DNA of 64,000 bases from Felis catus (Eukaryota): positions 90,212,001-90,276,000 of the forward strand of contig NC_058368.1 in assembly GCF_018350175.1 (NCBI RefSeq), read 5' to 3'. This document shows, one piece after another, positions 12,760 to 24,859 of this stretch; the stretch's first letter is position 1; each line of letters begins with the position of its first letter. The notes under the pieces are model-generated. The model was given only the letters and a program-made list of their open reading frames with translations. It searched no databases and was not told the DNA's origin. The position numbers were made by a program, and so were the translations under genes.

Positions 12760-12970
12760 GGGGCGCCTGGGTGGCTCAGTCGGTTAGGCGTCTGGCTTCG
12801 GCTCACGTCGTGATCTCACGGTTTGTGAGTTCGAGCCCCGCGTCGGGCTCTGTGCTGACAGCTCAGAGCCGGGAGCCTGCTTTGGATTCTGTGTCTCCCT
12901 CTCTCTCTGCCCCTCCCCCGCTCATGCTCTGTCTCTCTGTCTCTCAAAAATAAATAAACATTAAAAAAAA
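12760..12970 (+). mobile_element. Young felid Can-SINE (SINEC_Fc-type)
   Basis: CpG-rich body. Perfect TSD aaaagttgaagatgag at 12745-12760 and 12971-12986. Confidence 0.95.
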
Positions 12971-14313
12971 AAAAGTTGAAGATGAGATCATTGAACCTGG
13001 GACAGTTGCTCAGCTAGCAAGTAAGCTGATCTAGAATGTGGACCCCACATCTTGCTGATTTCACGACCATCTTGTGTCTTCCTTGTTCCACTGTGAATAC
13101 GTGTACAATCACAGGGAAGATGGGATAAGCCACAGAAAAGTGAATATTTTGCTGAAGACGGGAATACAGATCTTTTTAGCTATTCCTGATTCTGCACTTC
13201 CTTCCAGGGTTTGTGCAGCAGCATGTCTTGAAGCATTACAAATGAAACACTTAAAACCAGGTCTGTTATTGCTCTCTATTTGGATATAGTGTTGGAAGTT
13301 ATCCCAAGACAGTGAGGTTGTCATGGTTATCATAACACATAGCCTAAATGCTTGTGTTTTAAGGCCACATCCTTATCTGGGAAACAGATACCACTGTGGG
13401 TAAACAGTCTGTTTCAGGATTTCAGAGTTTCACGATGCCTTGACTGTGCCTTTCAATAGTTAACTACTAAAATTGTGATACAGGCTCTTTTGCATCCACT
13501 TAATTTGAGAAAGGACTAAAGTTTCTGAGTACAGAAATTGTCTAAGCAGAAGGGTGGTAGTTGTCAACGATATATATCATGACATCATGAAATCATTGAT
13601 CTCTCACTGTATTAGGACACCTTTGGTAGCAAGTACACTTTCACTGCGATCCTTCACCATGATAATAAGAGACTTTCAGGAAAGATATTCTGTAAACAGG
13701 AATGATAGGTGTACCATTTTTCTGAAGTTAATGACACCTCTACATTTTACAACTCAGTGTAAATGTTTCATTTCTTTTGCTAAGTAGTGTGCTTCTGGGG
13801 TGTAGAAAGCAAATATTTCCCCACTGTGTCATCTTTTCATACAGTTTATTACTGGTTAATACTGAGTTAATAGTTTTATTACTTATTTGCTTTTAGTGTT
13901 ACCCTTTTGTCATCTCCCCTCCAGCCAGTGCAATTCTGATAGTGACTGATTCCAAGAGGCCTAGGGCCTGCTATCCTCTGGCACTGCGTGTGGTGGTCTA
14001 CAAACTTTACCTTTGTGACTTCTTTCCCCTCTCTGGACCACTCTTCCCTTTCACTGTAACCTATTAGAAATGTGAGGATGGGTAGTGGGAAAAGCAGCCA
14101 GGGGTGGCTTCTTAAGATTTGCAAAGGGTGGCAGAGCTCTGATGACCAAATTGTGGAGCTCAGCCTGACACGTTCCAGTGTACTTCCAGGTATCTGAAAC
14201 AAACTCTTCCCCCAAATCCACAACAATGGCCATGTAATTATAATTAATTAGTCCCAAGTAGTCTTGGTGTCTTCATGTATCTTGTTGGATGGGTGGAGGT
14301 AGTAAAGTTAATA

Positions 14314-15183
14314 CAGTAAAACCTTGGTTTGCGAGCATAATTCGTTTTGGAAATGTGCTTGTAGTCCAAAGCACTTGCATATCAAAGCGAATTTCCCCAT
14401 AAGAAATCATGGAAACTCAGATGATTTGCTCCACAACCTAAAAATACTCCTATAAAAATTATTGCAGTGCTGTAATATAATGTAAAATAAGAAATACAAA
14501 GTATAAAGAAAAATACATAAATTAACCTGCACTTACCTTTGAAAACCTTCGTGGCTGGTGTGAGGGAGATGAGAGAGGAGGGTTTATTATGTAGGGTGAC
14601 TTTCACTATCACTCACGGAATCAGTGCTATCTGTTGGCTCAATGGAATCTTTTTCTGCATGGGAGCCATTGTATATGCTTGCACGGATGCTGACTACAAG
14701 TACAGTATTAATAAACTCTTGTCATGTACTGTATTTAATCTAACTGGCAATAAGGCAGCAGAAGAAAGGGTCTATATTTGCAGGCAGCCTGACCTAGAAT
14801 GAAGCAAAGCATTCCTAAGCTTGCTCTTGTATGGAAAAGCAAAGGACTGTCCATAGGTACTTCCTTTGAAGTGACAAAAAATACACTAGGGCCAGTTGTG
14901 GGCACCTTCTAACATTCTGAAAAATCACTGAGATCTGCCAAACACCGTGGCCTGAGACTGAGCATCCGAGCATGGGAGACCATCACCCACAATCCCTCAG
15001 TCAGAACGAGAGAGAGAGAGAGAGAGAGAAGCACCAATGGCTCAGGTGTGATCATGTGATATTCAGTGTCATGTACTACTCCTTGTGCAAGACATCACCC
15101 ATTTATCCAGTTAAAATTTATTGGAAATGTTTGCTCATCTTGTGGAACACTCACAGAACAACTTACAATCCAAGGTTTTACTG
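14314..15183. mobile_element. Non-autonomous Tc1/mariner (Tigger-like) DNA transposon, 870 bp
   Basis: TIR CAGTAAAACCTTGG is a perfect 14-bp match at both ends (19/22 when extended). TA flanks at 14312-14313 and 15184-15185. Confidence 0.88.
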
Positions 15184-15883
15184 TATATATATCTTAGTAT
15201 GGAATTGTAATTTTTACCAGTAAATGTAAGAGGAATAATCTATTCTAGTTTCTAGTTTCATATTATTTTCAAATACAAGCCAAAACTTACTTTTTCTAAT
15301 TTCCTTAGACACTTATTAAGAAATTTGTTCAAACATGTTTGAATTTTCAACAAGACCACTTGGTAACTGAAACAAAGTTCAGTTTGGCCTTATTTACCTC
15401 AAGCAAAATCAGTCTCTCTCTCTCTGCGGCGTGGAGGTGGTGTGGGGGGAGAGGGTGTAGGGGAGGGGGTGTGGAGTGAAGAGTAGATGTGACAAAAGCA
15501 GAATTCGGGGTAGATTAGTCACCTTGGTGTTGGGATTTCTGTGTCTGCTTTTTCTTCCTCCTCTCTTCACCAGCCTACCCTGGGCATTATCAGTCTTTTT
15601 TACCTTTGTCAGTCTCTGAAGTTACACAGAATTTTTCAGGGTTTTAATTTGCACCACGGTTAACATCTCAATGGAACATCTCTCTCCTTGTACAGATATG
15701 GATGCAGGTTCATTGTATTGTCCTTCATGGCTATATTCATAGCTCTGTTGACAGTGAGCTGCTTGATGTGCCTTGGGTATCCAGAAGATTTTGGGGAACA
15801 GTTGAGCACTTTGATAAAGATCGATTTTATTTATCCTTCCTTGAGAAAAAAATTAATGGTTTTTTTTTTCCTTTTCTGTTTAG

Positions 15884-16078
15884 TTGCTGATCATCTGGGC
15901 TGTGATCCTCAAACACGGTTCTTTGTCCCTCCTAATATCAAACAGTGGATTGCCTTGCTGCAGAGGGGAAATTGCACATTTAAAGAGAAAATATCACGGG
16001 CTGCTTTCCACAATGCAGTGGCCGTGGTCATCTACAATAATAAATCCAAAGAGGAGCCTGTTACCATGACTCATCCAG
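15884..16078 (+). CDS. RNF130: RNF130 coding exon 2 (PA domain); 195 nt, phase 1-1
   Basis: Translation (V)[64 protein letters not shown](G) matches recalled RNF130. Acceptor ttttttttccttttctgtttag|TTGCTG, donor CATCCAG|gtaaac. The split codon G|GC joins exon 3 in frame. Exon numbering is inferred from the human gene structure. Confidence 0.97.
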
Positions 16079-16559
16079 GTAAACAAAACCAGGGGGGGTG
16101 TGAGTTTTGTTTTTCCTTCTAGATATTAGTGCGTTGTGGGTAAGCATTCTACCACCGCTGAATCCACATCATTTACAACATCATTCTATGGTTATATTCA
16201 TTTTTTTATGTTCATTTTTGGTATTATTGTTTGTTTATTGAGATGCATGTCTTTTTCTTTCAGTTGAATCCTTTTCTTAAATAATGACAACAGAGTCTGT
16301 AAAACTTGCACTTACTACATAACTGGTTGTGACTAAATTCTTAGTCATTTTACATTTCTACATTCCACTTGATAACTTTGAAAAATAACATGTATTCTAT
16401 TCAGAATCACTTGTCCAGGTTATGTCATGGACCCCCAAGGATTACCTCTTCGAGAAGGATGCTTTTTATCTTATCAGGATAAATGTTGAGACTGATTCAG
16501 CGATTAGCATTACTACAGTAGAAACGGTGTTTCTTCATTTCTAATGTAACTGCTTTAAT

Positions 16560-16620
16560 AACAGTAGTTGCAATTTATTGAGCACTTACTATACATATGC
16601 CAGGCAGTGGACTATAAGCT
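16560..16620 (-). mobile_element. MIR fragment (continues at about 17810-17920)
   Basis: atttattgagcacttacta...tgccaggca, then after the L1: cctcaccataactgcatggtgcaggtactctcccatcttaca. Confidence 0.6.
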
Positions 16621-16639
16621 TTGGGGGGCGGGGGGATGT

Positions 16640-17805
16640 TTTATAATAGACTTTATTCTTTACGGCAGTTTTGTGTTCCCAGCAAAATTGAGTGGAAAGT
16701 ACAGAGATTTCCCACACAGCCCCACACGTAAAGAGCCTCCCCCACTATCGACACCCCAGCCAGAGCGGTACATTCATTACAGTCAGTGAGCCTACATTGA
16801 CTTATTATAATCACCCACAGTTCCTGGTTTACTTTGGGGGTCACTTCGGCTGTTCTCCATTCTGTGGGTTTGGACAGATATGACATGAATCCATCACTAT
16901 GGTATCATACAGAGTATTTTCACTTCCCTAAAGATCCTCTGTGCTCTCCCTATTCATCCTTCCCCCCATCCTCCTACTTCCCCACCCCTGGAAACCACTG
17001 TTTTTTGTGGTTTTTTTTTTGTTTTTGTTTGTTTGTTTTGTTTTTACTATTTCCATAGTTTTGCCTTTCCAGAATGTCTTATAGTTGGAATTATACAGTG
17101 CATAGCCTTTGCAGACTGGCTTCACTTAGTATTATGCATTTAGGTTTCCTCCATGTCTTTTCATGGCTTGATAGTGCATTTTTTGAGTGCTAAATAACAT
17201 TCCGTTTTCTTTTCTTTATACTTTTTTGTTTAATGGTTTATTTCTGAGAGAGAGACAGAGACAGAGAGCGAGCAGGGGAGGAGCAGAGAGAGAGGGAAAC
17301 AGAATCTGAAGCAGGCTCCGGGCTCCAAGCTGTCAGCACAGAGCTGAACCCATGAACTATTGAGACCATGACCTGAGCCAAAGTCGGACGCTTAACTGAC
17401 TGAGCCACCCAGGCACCCCAATAATATTGCATTTTCTAGATATACCACAGTTTATCTCTTCACCTCCTGAAGGACATCTTGGTTACTTCCAAGTTTTGGC
17501 AGTTATGAATTAAGCTGGTATAAACATTTGTGTGCAGATTTTGTGTGAGCCTAAGTTTTCGCATCCTTTGGGTAGATAGTAAGGAGTGTGATTGCTGAGC
17601 TGTATAGTAGAAGCATGTTTCATTTTATAAACCGCCAAACCATCTTCCCCAGTGGCTGTACCATTTTGCGCTCCCACCAGCAGTAAATGAGAGCTCCTGC
17701 TGTTCCACATCGTTGCCAGCATTTGGTGCGACCAGTGCTCTGGATTTTTGCCATTCTAATAAGTTGTTTTAATTTGTGTTTCCCTGCTGACATATTATAT
17801 GGAGC
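16640..17805 (-). mobile_element. L1MC/L1MB-type 3' end
   Basis: atagactttattctttacggcagttttgtgttcccagcaaaattgagtggaaagtacagagatttccca...gaaggacatcttggttacttccaagttttggcag. Confidence 0.88.
17220..17419 (-). mobile_element. Can-SINE nested in L1
   Basis: Ends ...gactgagccacccaggcacccc. Confidence 0.92.
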
Positions 17806-17979
17806 TTTTTAATACATATTTTCTTAGTCCTCACCATAACTGCATGGTGCAGGTACTCTCCCATCTTACACATCAAGAGAATTGGCAACAGGAGGGAGAC
17901 TGAGCATAGGTCTGCCAGTGGTCTCTGATCTCTTAAAGTTGAAACCTAGATGAAGTTGAGTTCTGTATTCATAAGTATT

Positions 17980-18200
17980 TTAATTTTTTTTTTTTATTTT
18001 TGAGAGAGAGAAAGAGAGAGAGAGAAAAAAAATGAATGAGTGGGGGAGGGGCAGAGAGAGAGGGAGACACAGAATGTGAAGCAGGCTCCAGGCTGTCAGC
18101 ACAGAGCCTGACATGAGGCTCGAACTCACGGACCATGAGATCATGAGATCATGACCTGAGCCAAAGTCAGATGCTCAACCAACTGAGCCACTGAGGCGCC
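17980..18200 (-). mobile_element. Can-SINE
   Basis: Typical body. TSD tgtattcataagtattt / tgtgttgataagtattt. Confidence 0.92.
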
Positions 18201-19339
18201 ACTGTGTTGATAAGTATTTTAAAGGTAAATGACTTATTTAAAGAATTAACTTTTAATCATATGATCATGTAATCAATTTTAGACCATTACCTTTCAAAGG
18301 CGTCCTCATCCTCACTGAGAGTCACCTTTTGTGTGTATTTTGATAGAGTAATGAGATGGATTTAAGTTTCATTCTGTGATTTTTCTTCCTTTCAGGTTAA
18401 ACCTTTTAGGACTGTATTTTTTGTAGTTGCAAAACTGACACATGCTCGCTGCAGAAAAACTGAAATTGTAGGAAAGCATAAGTAATGAAATCGCAAGAAT
18501 GAGTGATTTTCACTCTCCAGAGATCTCTGGAGGCCTGTAACTTTTAATTTCTTCAGGGAAACCAAAAGGAGATTAAGGGCCAGTCTTATTCAGCTGGCCA
18601 TCTGTGTGGGAACTCTGGACTAGAGACAGTGGCTTTTCTGCTCTGGGCCTCAGAGCAGGTGCCAGTTTGTTCTCCTTGGCTGTTTCAGAGTCAAGAAAAA
18701 CTATTTGAAATTTTGGACCTGATCATTCCATACTGATTTCTTCTTACTGAAAACATGGAGAAAAATGGAGAGGGAGAAACTCATCTGAGCAAAATATATT
18801 TTTCTTTTCTGGTGATGTTATTTTACGTATGCAAAACTGCAGAGAAGTAACTAGAACAAGTCTTTCTCAAATATGAGATCTGAGGATTATAAGAGAGGAA
18901 ATTGATACCCTTTTTTATTTTTTAAATGATTTTTGTTTTAAAAAGGAAGGAAGCCTCTATAAATTAGCACAGATTTCCATCTGTGTTCCCTTGAAACTTA
19001 AGTTAATTCATATATGTTCGTAGATGACCCATGGCAGAAAAAAGGTAAATGGTAAAATAAATTTAGGAAAATGCTTGAAATGTAGTCTACTTGTAGTGGC
19101 TCCTGGTAGACATTCTGAGGCCTCTGAGGAGTGTTAGAGTTAAGAACTTGTTCTACCTAGATTAATCTGTGATTTCCCAAACTTACTTAACCATGTAATC
19201 CTTTTATTACAGCTTAGGGTATCATAGCACAGGTAGGGAAATTTAGGGCTAGAGTTTGTGGATATATTCTTAGGAAGTGGAACCTTGATGAGGCAAATGG
19301 AATAAAAGTAGATGTATGAGCAGTAAGAAATGGCTTCAT

Positions 19340-20410
19340 GTTCTAATTAGACACCTAAAAAATCAGAGTAAGGTGGGAAAGTAAATTGGTACAATACTTC
19401 AGAGAGAAATTTGGCATTACGTGATATTGCTAAAGAATGCATATATTGTGATACAGTAATTTCATGCCTATATACATACTCTAGAGTATTTTTCAGTACT
19501 TCAGTGTACGATAGATCACCTGGGCATTTCGTTAAAATGCAAATTCTGATTCAGCATATCTGGGGTACAGCCTGACATTCTGTATTTTTAACAAATTTCC
19601 AGGTGATGCTAATGCCTCTAGTCCACAGATCTTGCTTTGAGAAACAAGGAAGTGAAAACAGGAAACCTAGGTTTTAGTCCCAAATTTCCCACTGACTTGC
19701 TCCGTGACATAGGACAAGTTGCTTCCTGTCTGGGAAGGCCTCTTGTGACTCTAAACCTAGATTCTATGAAAGGCCATGCATCCCCAGTGTGAAGGATAAC
19801 CACTGTTTATCCTTCTTAGGAGATCTCCCACTTTCTACCTCCAGCCATGTGGGAGCCAGTGGGAGATTTCACATAGTTACACAAACATTCACAGTCCCTC
19901 TCTGTCATCCTCTTGTTACTCTAGATATGTGCATGGGAAACAAGCAAGAGTATTCATAGCAGCATTGTAACAGCAAAGTACTGGAAACACCCAGATGTCC
20001 ATCACAGGAGAACAGAGTGATTATGGCATATTTGTATAGCAGTTAACTGTCAGTGAATTAAAGCCACATGTATTTATATGTATAAATGCCCAAAACACAA
20101 TAATGAGCAAAAAAAGAGTAAGTTGTAGAATATGTACAAATAGCATTTGAATGTTAAAAAAATGCAAGATAGAAGTTGCCATATACGCATGTATATAGGT
20201 ATGAAATAGCAAAAACACACATTAGATTAGCAAATACCAAATTTTGGGATCATGGTTCTTTCCAGAGAGGGAAATGTAAGTAGGATCAGGGAGAATAATG
20301 AGGTTCAGACATATCTGTAATGTGTCACTTCTTAAGCTGAGGGTTGAGTACAGAGATATTCATTGTATTCTTTATAATTTTTTGGTTTTTGAAATCTGTC
20401 ACAATAAAAT
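19340..20410 (+). mobile_element. L1ME-type 3' end, interrupted by MER5A and other sequence
   Basis: gtaaattggtacaatacttcagagagaaatttggca; tattcatagcagcattg...ctggaaacacccagatgtccatca. Confidence 0.65.
19490..19646. mobile_element. MER5A-like hAT-Charlie MITE
   Basis: atcacctggg...gttaaaatgcaaattctgattcag...tattttaacaaatttccaggtgat...ctttgagaaaca. Confidence 0.8.
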
Positions 20411-20454
20411 TCCTAAGAAAGAAAAGCTCTATAAAGGATCAAAAGGTAAATAGA

Positions 20455-23350
20455 AGGGTGGCATTTCTGGCTGTGACCAAGTGAGGAGATCAGCAAATTT
20501 TCTTAAAAGAAAGCAAGTATACAACTGAACAGAACTGACAGAAGCATCCACTTCAGTGTTTTGGAAATCAGCCAGAGGCATACAACGATCTGAGGCACGT
20601 TTTTGTTTTGAAAAACTGCCAAACTTTGGGTAAGAACAATGGGAAGCTGTGGTGTTTGGCCAGGGGCTGCTTCCCACACTCCCCAGGCTATGCTGCATGG
20701 AGTTTCTGCCAGAGTGGAGCGAGTGGCAAGGTCTGATAGCTTGCTCTGCAGGGACGGAAAGGTGGGTGATACGCATGCCTGACCTGTTGTCCTTGGAAGT
20801 GACTTTGTGGGGACAGGGAGATAGAGAAAGGCCAGTGTCTGTCTCTCCCAGCCCAAGGTTGTACCCAGCTGTGTTCTTGCCTGAGACCATATGCTCCTTG
20901 GTGACCACTGAGCTGGAGCTGTTTACACTCCTGGATGACCCTGAGACTATGATGTGCACACACATAGGAGACTCAGAAGGGACCTATAGAAGTAACCCAG
21001 GCAGGATTGGAAGTGGCCAGAACTTTGAACTTTCTCTCCTGACAACCAGATCCATTAGCAGATGACAGAAGCCTGACTGATTTGAGATGTTTGAGTACCA
21101 CCTGTGTCCAGGAACTGGCTGACAGCTAGTTTCTATGAGACACAGTGGCAGTCCTTAGGAAGCTAGTCTAGAGAAGAAGGAAGAAAAGAATATTGAAAAA
21201 ATATGAAACTGAGCAGAGACATCAGTGGCTGTGCACCAGAGAGGAAGTATATTTCACAGGTGTGGCCCAGTAACATTACTAAACAAAACGAGCAAACAAG
21301 ACAACAACAGCAACCTTAAAGGCAAAAAAAGATCAGAATTCAGAGTTGCAACAGTATATTGTCTGAAATGTCTTGTTTCATAATGTTAGCATAAAGATGA
21401 CAGGCTGTGCAAAGAAGCATGAAACTGCAGTTCATTCTCAGAAAGAGTCTGCATAACCTGCCTCTGTGTTCGCAGGTGTGAACTTAGCAGAGGCAGACCT
21501 CAAAGGGATTAATGTTAAGTGTGCTCAAAGAAGTAAAGGAAAACATGATAACAGTGAATGGCACCAATGAGCCAATGCATAGAGACTCTCAATAAAGGAT
21601 GTAAAACTTACCAAAAAGAGCCACGTAGAAATCATGGAATTGAAGAGTATGATTTTGGAAATGAAAAACATCACTCGAGGACTTGAGCAGCAGATTCAAA
21701 ATAGCAGAAGAAAGAATCCGTGAGCTTGAAGATAGAGCAATAGAGATTATCCACTCTGAAGAACAAGTTGTAAAAAAAAAATTTTGAAGAAAATGAACAG
21801 AAGCTCAAAGGCCTGTGGGACCCTCTCCCAGAGGAGAGGAGAGAAAGTGGCAGGAAGAAATATTTCAAGAATTAATAACTGAAAACTTTCCAAATACGAT
21901 GTTTTGTAGAAATTGTTAAGAGAGTCCTCAAATTCAGAGTCCTTAGGGTAGTCCATATAATTTTGAAGAACAACAACAATGTTGAAAGGCTTCATGCTAC
22001 TTGATTTAAAAACTTCAGTAATCATAGGGCATTGCGGCATTGGTGTAAAGGATAGGCATTTAGACCAATGGATCTGAATTGAAAGTCTAGAAGTAAAATC
22101 CTTCTTTTATACTCCATTGCTTTTCAGCAAAGGTGCCATGACATTTTGGTGGGGAAGAGATAGTCTTTTCAGCAGGTGGTGCCAGAACAGTTGTTTGCCA
22201 GATGCAAAAGACAAAAAGGAACTAAGACCTTTACCTTATACTGTATAAAAGTTACCTCACAATAGATATTAGACAAAATGTAAGAAGTAAAACTATATAC
22301 GCTTGTACAAGAAATCATAGGAGAAATTCTTTGTGATTTGGGACAGAAAGTTCTTACTCAAAAAGCACTATCCATAAAAGACAAAAACAGTGTTAGTCAT
22401 CAGAAGTAAAATACCTTGTTATTCAGAAGACACCATGAAGAAAATGAAAAGACAAGCCGCAAACTGGGAGAAAAGATTTCTGACTCATAGATCTGATAAA
22501 TGATTGGTATATGAAGAACTCATAAATTGATAACAAGACAACCTAATTTTACAACAGGCAAAGGATTTAATGATTAACCATTTCATTATTCATTAGAAAA
22601 CAATCAAAACAACAAACAACAATGAGATGTTATTTCATACCTCTAGAATGACTATAATAAAAAAAAAGTCAGATATTACCACGTTTTATTGAGGATGTGG
22701 GTAAACTGAAACCCTCATGTATTGTTGGTAAGAATGTGAAATAGTACAATCAGTTTGGAAGACAGTTTGTCAGGGTTTTTTTTTTTTTTTTTAAGTTAAG
22801 CATAAATTTACCATATGACTCTGCAGTCCTGCTCCCAGGAATCTACCCAAGAGAAAAGAAAACAATGAAATATCCACACAAAAACTTGTACGTGAATACT
22901 CATTGCATTATTTACAATAGCTAAAATAGTGGAAACAATGCGAATGTTCATCAGCTGGTGAGTAGAGAAGCAAAACATGGCATATGCATAGAACAGAATA
23001 CAGTTCAGCAATTAAGTGGAATTAACTACAGATACCTGCAACAACAATAAGTCTCAAAAGCATTATGCCACATGAAATGCATGTATTATGCATATAGCGT
23101 GATTTCATTTACGTGAAATGTCTAGAAAAGTCACAAAGAGACAGAAGCTGCACAGGTCAGTGGGTGTGTGGGTTGGGGGCTGGGTGTGAAGATTAACCAT
23201 CTGGGCATGAGGGAACTTTTGGGGATAATAGAAATATACTAGAACTAAGTTGTGGTGGTGGTTGCACACCCCCATAAATTTACTAAAACCATCGAATTTA
23301 CACTTTACAAAAAGTGGATGTGATGGCATGTAAGTTATACTTCATTCAGC
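20455..23350 (+). mobile_element. Old L1 (L1MC/L1MD-like) with 5' UTR, ORF1 remnant, ORF2 remnant and 3' end; internally deleted
   Basis: ORF1-like cagcagattcaaaatagcagaagaaagaatccgtgagcttgaagatagagcaatagagattatcc; ORF2-like gatagtcttttcagcaggtggtgc; 3' UTR gagggaactttttggggataatagaaat. Confidence 0.8.
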
Positions 23351-23367
23351 TGTTGTTCAAAAGTTCA

Positions 23368-23466
23368 GGGGTGCCTGGCTGGCTCAGTCAGCGGAGCGTG
23401 TGACTCTTGATCTCAGGGTCATGAGTTTGAGCCCCACATTGGGTGTAGACATTTAAAAAAAAAAAG
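23368..23466 (+). mobile_element. Short tRNA-like Can-SINE
   Basis: ggggtgcctggctggctcagtc...gactcttgatctcagggtcatgagtttgagcccc followed by an A tail; no (CT)n. Confidence 0.85.
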
Positions 23467-23959
23467 TGTAATGCAGGCTAAAGTTCAGAAGCAACACAAA
23501 GATTCTTAAACTGGAAGTTTTCTTTGAGTTGTATGCCCTTGCGTATTCTTACTTTGAGAAACTTGCAGCAAGTATTCATGAGGTGATCTCTTGTGACTTT
23601 GGTTCTCATTTTAAGTATTTAGGGTAGGACATTAAAGAGCATATAAGGATAGAATGATATTAAAATGCAAGCAATTAAAATGTGAAAATAAAGACAGTCA
23701 CTTTGCTTGAGTAGAGACATGCTAAGTGCCTGTGTGTTTGAGACAGAAAGATTAACTCTCAAGTCGTGACCTAAACACAGAGGTTAGTTATATATTTTTA
23801 GAGTTAGGAAGTCTTTATTGCAACCGAACTGCTCTAGATTGGTGTAGTTTATTTAATCTGAAAAGTTATATAGATTATTTAAATGAAAGCATGTTTGTAT
23901 TTAAAAGCAGTGGAAGTAAATCCATTCATTGAAAAGATTTCTGAAAAACAATTTTAATT

Positions 23960-24162
23960 TTTACTTTAAAAAAATTAATTTTTGAGAAAGAGAAAGCACA
24001 TGCTTGAGCCAAGGGAGGGGCAGGGAGAGAGGGGGCGGGGAGACAGGATCCAAAGTGGGCTCTAAATTGGCAGCACAAAGGCCAATTTGGGGCTTGAACT
24101 CAGGAACCGTGAGACCATGACCTGAGGGGATCAGACGCTTGACTAAGCCACCCAGGCGGCTC
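23960..24162 (-). mobile_element. Can-SINE
   Basis: Antisense SINE body ending aagccacccaggcggctcc. Confidence 0.88.
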
Positions 24163-24544
24163 CTAATTTTGACTTTCAATTAGAGAAAATTTAAAATGCC
24201 ATTTTGTGCAAACAAGCTCATTATGGGGTGTGAAAGGGTTTGAGTTTTTGCCCTTTCTTCTTTGAGCCCCTAGGCTTTTGTTCTGTCTTCTGTTTTCCAA
24301 ACAGAATTCACTCTTGGTTTCAGTCTCTTCTCCAGTGGTGGTGCATTTGTTAACATATTCATCACCTCATAAAAACACTGTGGGGTATTTTGTCTTACAG
24401 ATCTCTGTTTCTATAGGAATCCCACTCTTTTATTCATCTTTCAGAATCATATTTAAGGGTGTGTCACTGACCTGTAATTTGCCATGGCATTCTCCTCATC
24501 TTTTTAGTTACAAAAACAAAATCCTATAAAATAATGAAAAGAGT

Positions 24545-24720
24545 TTGGCATTGATGGTCACAAGATTGGAATTGGTGTCCTAGACCCACTGACGACTGGC
24601 TTTGGGGGCTCTAGATAAACCATTGGCTTCGTTTGTAAAACAGTGAGAGCACCTGCCTAATCACCTAACAGGGTGATTGTGAATTTATTGCGATAACGAA
24701 TTTGTTAAATTGTGCCGTTT
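24545..24720 (+). mobile_element. MIR
   Basis: Core-like tttgtaaaacagtgag...acagggtgattgtgaattta. Confidence 0.55.
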
Positions 24721-24859
24721 TTGTTATTCTTTATTCTTGTGCCTTGAGTGAGCACTATCTCTTTTGTAATTATGAAATCAATATGTTTCTCTAAGACTAG
24801 TACTTATTTTTTTTTAATTTCTGAGTATACTTTCTTCATTCTTCTGGTCTTAGTATAAA

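Noticed and set aside
15688..15883. N-terminal part of the 144-aa ORF upstream of exon 2
   Set aside because: It runs through the polypyrimidine tract and acceptor AG; RNF130 similarity starts only at 15884.
20429..21065. Overlapping 178/138/117-aa ORFs
   Set aside because: They lie in an old L1 5' UTR-like region, resemble no protein I recognise, and have no supporting exon structure.
23368..23466. tRNA-Lys-like sequences (also 43648-43750 and 55985-56103) as tRNA genes
   Set aside because: They have Can-SINE heads and A tails and are degenerate: tRNA-derived SINEs, not tRNA genes.
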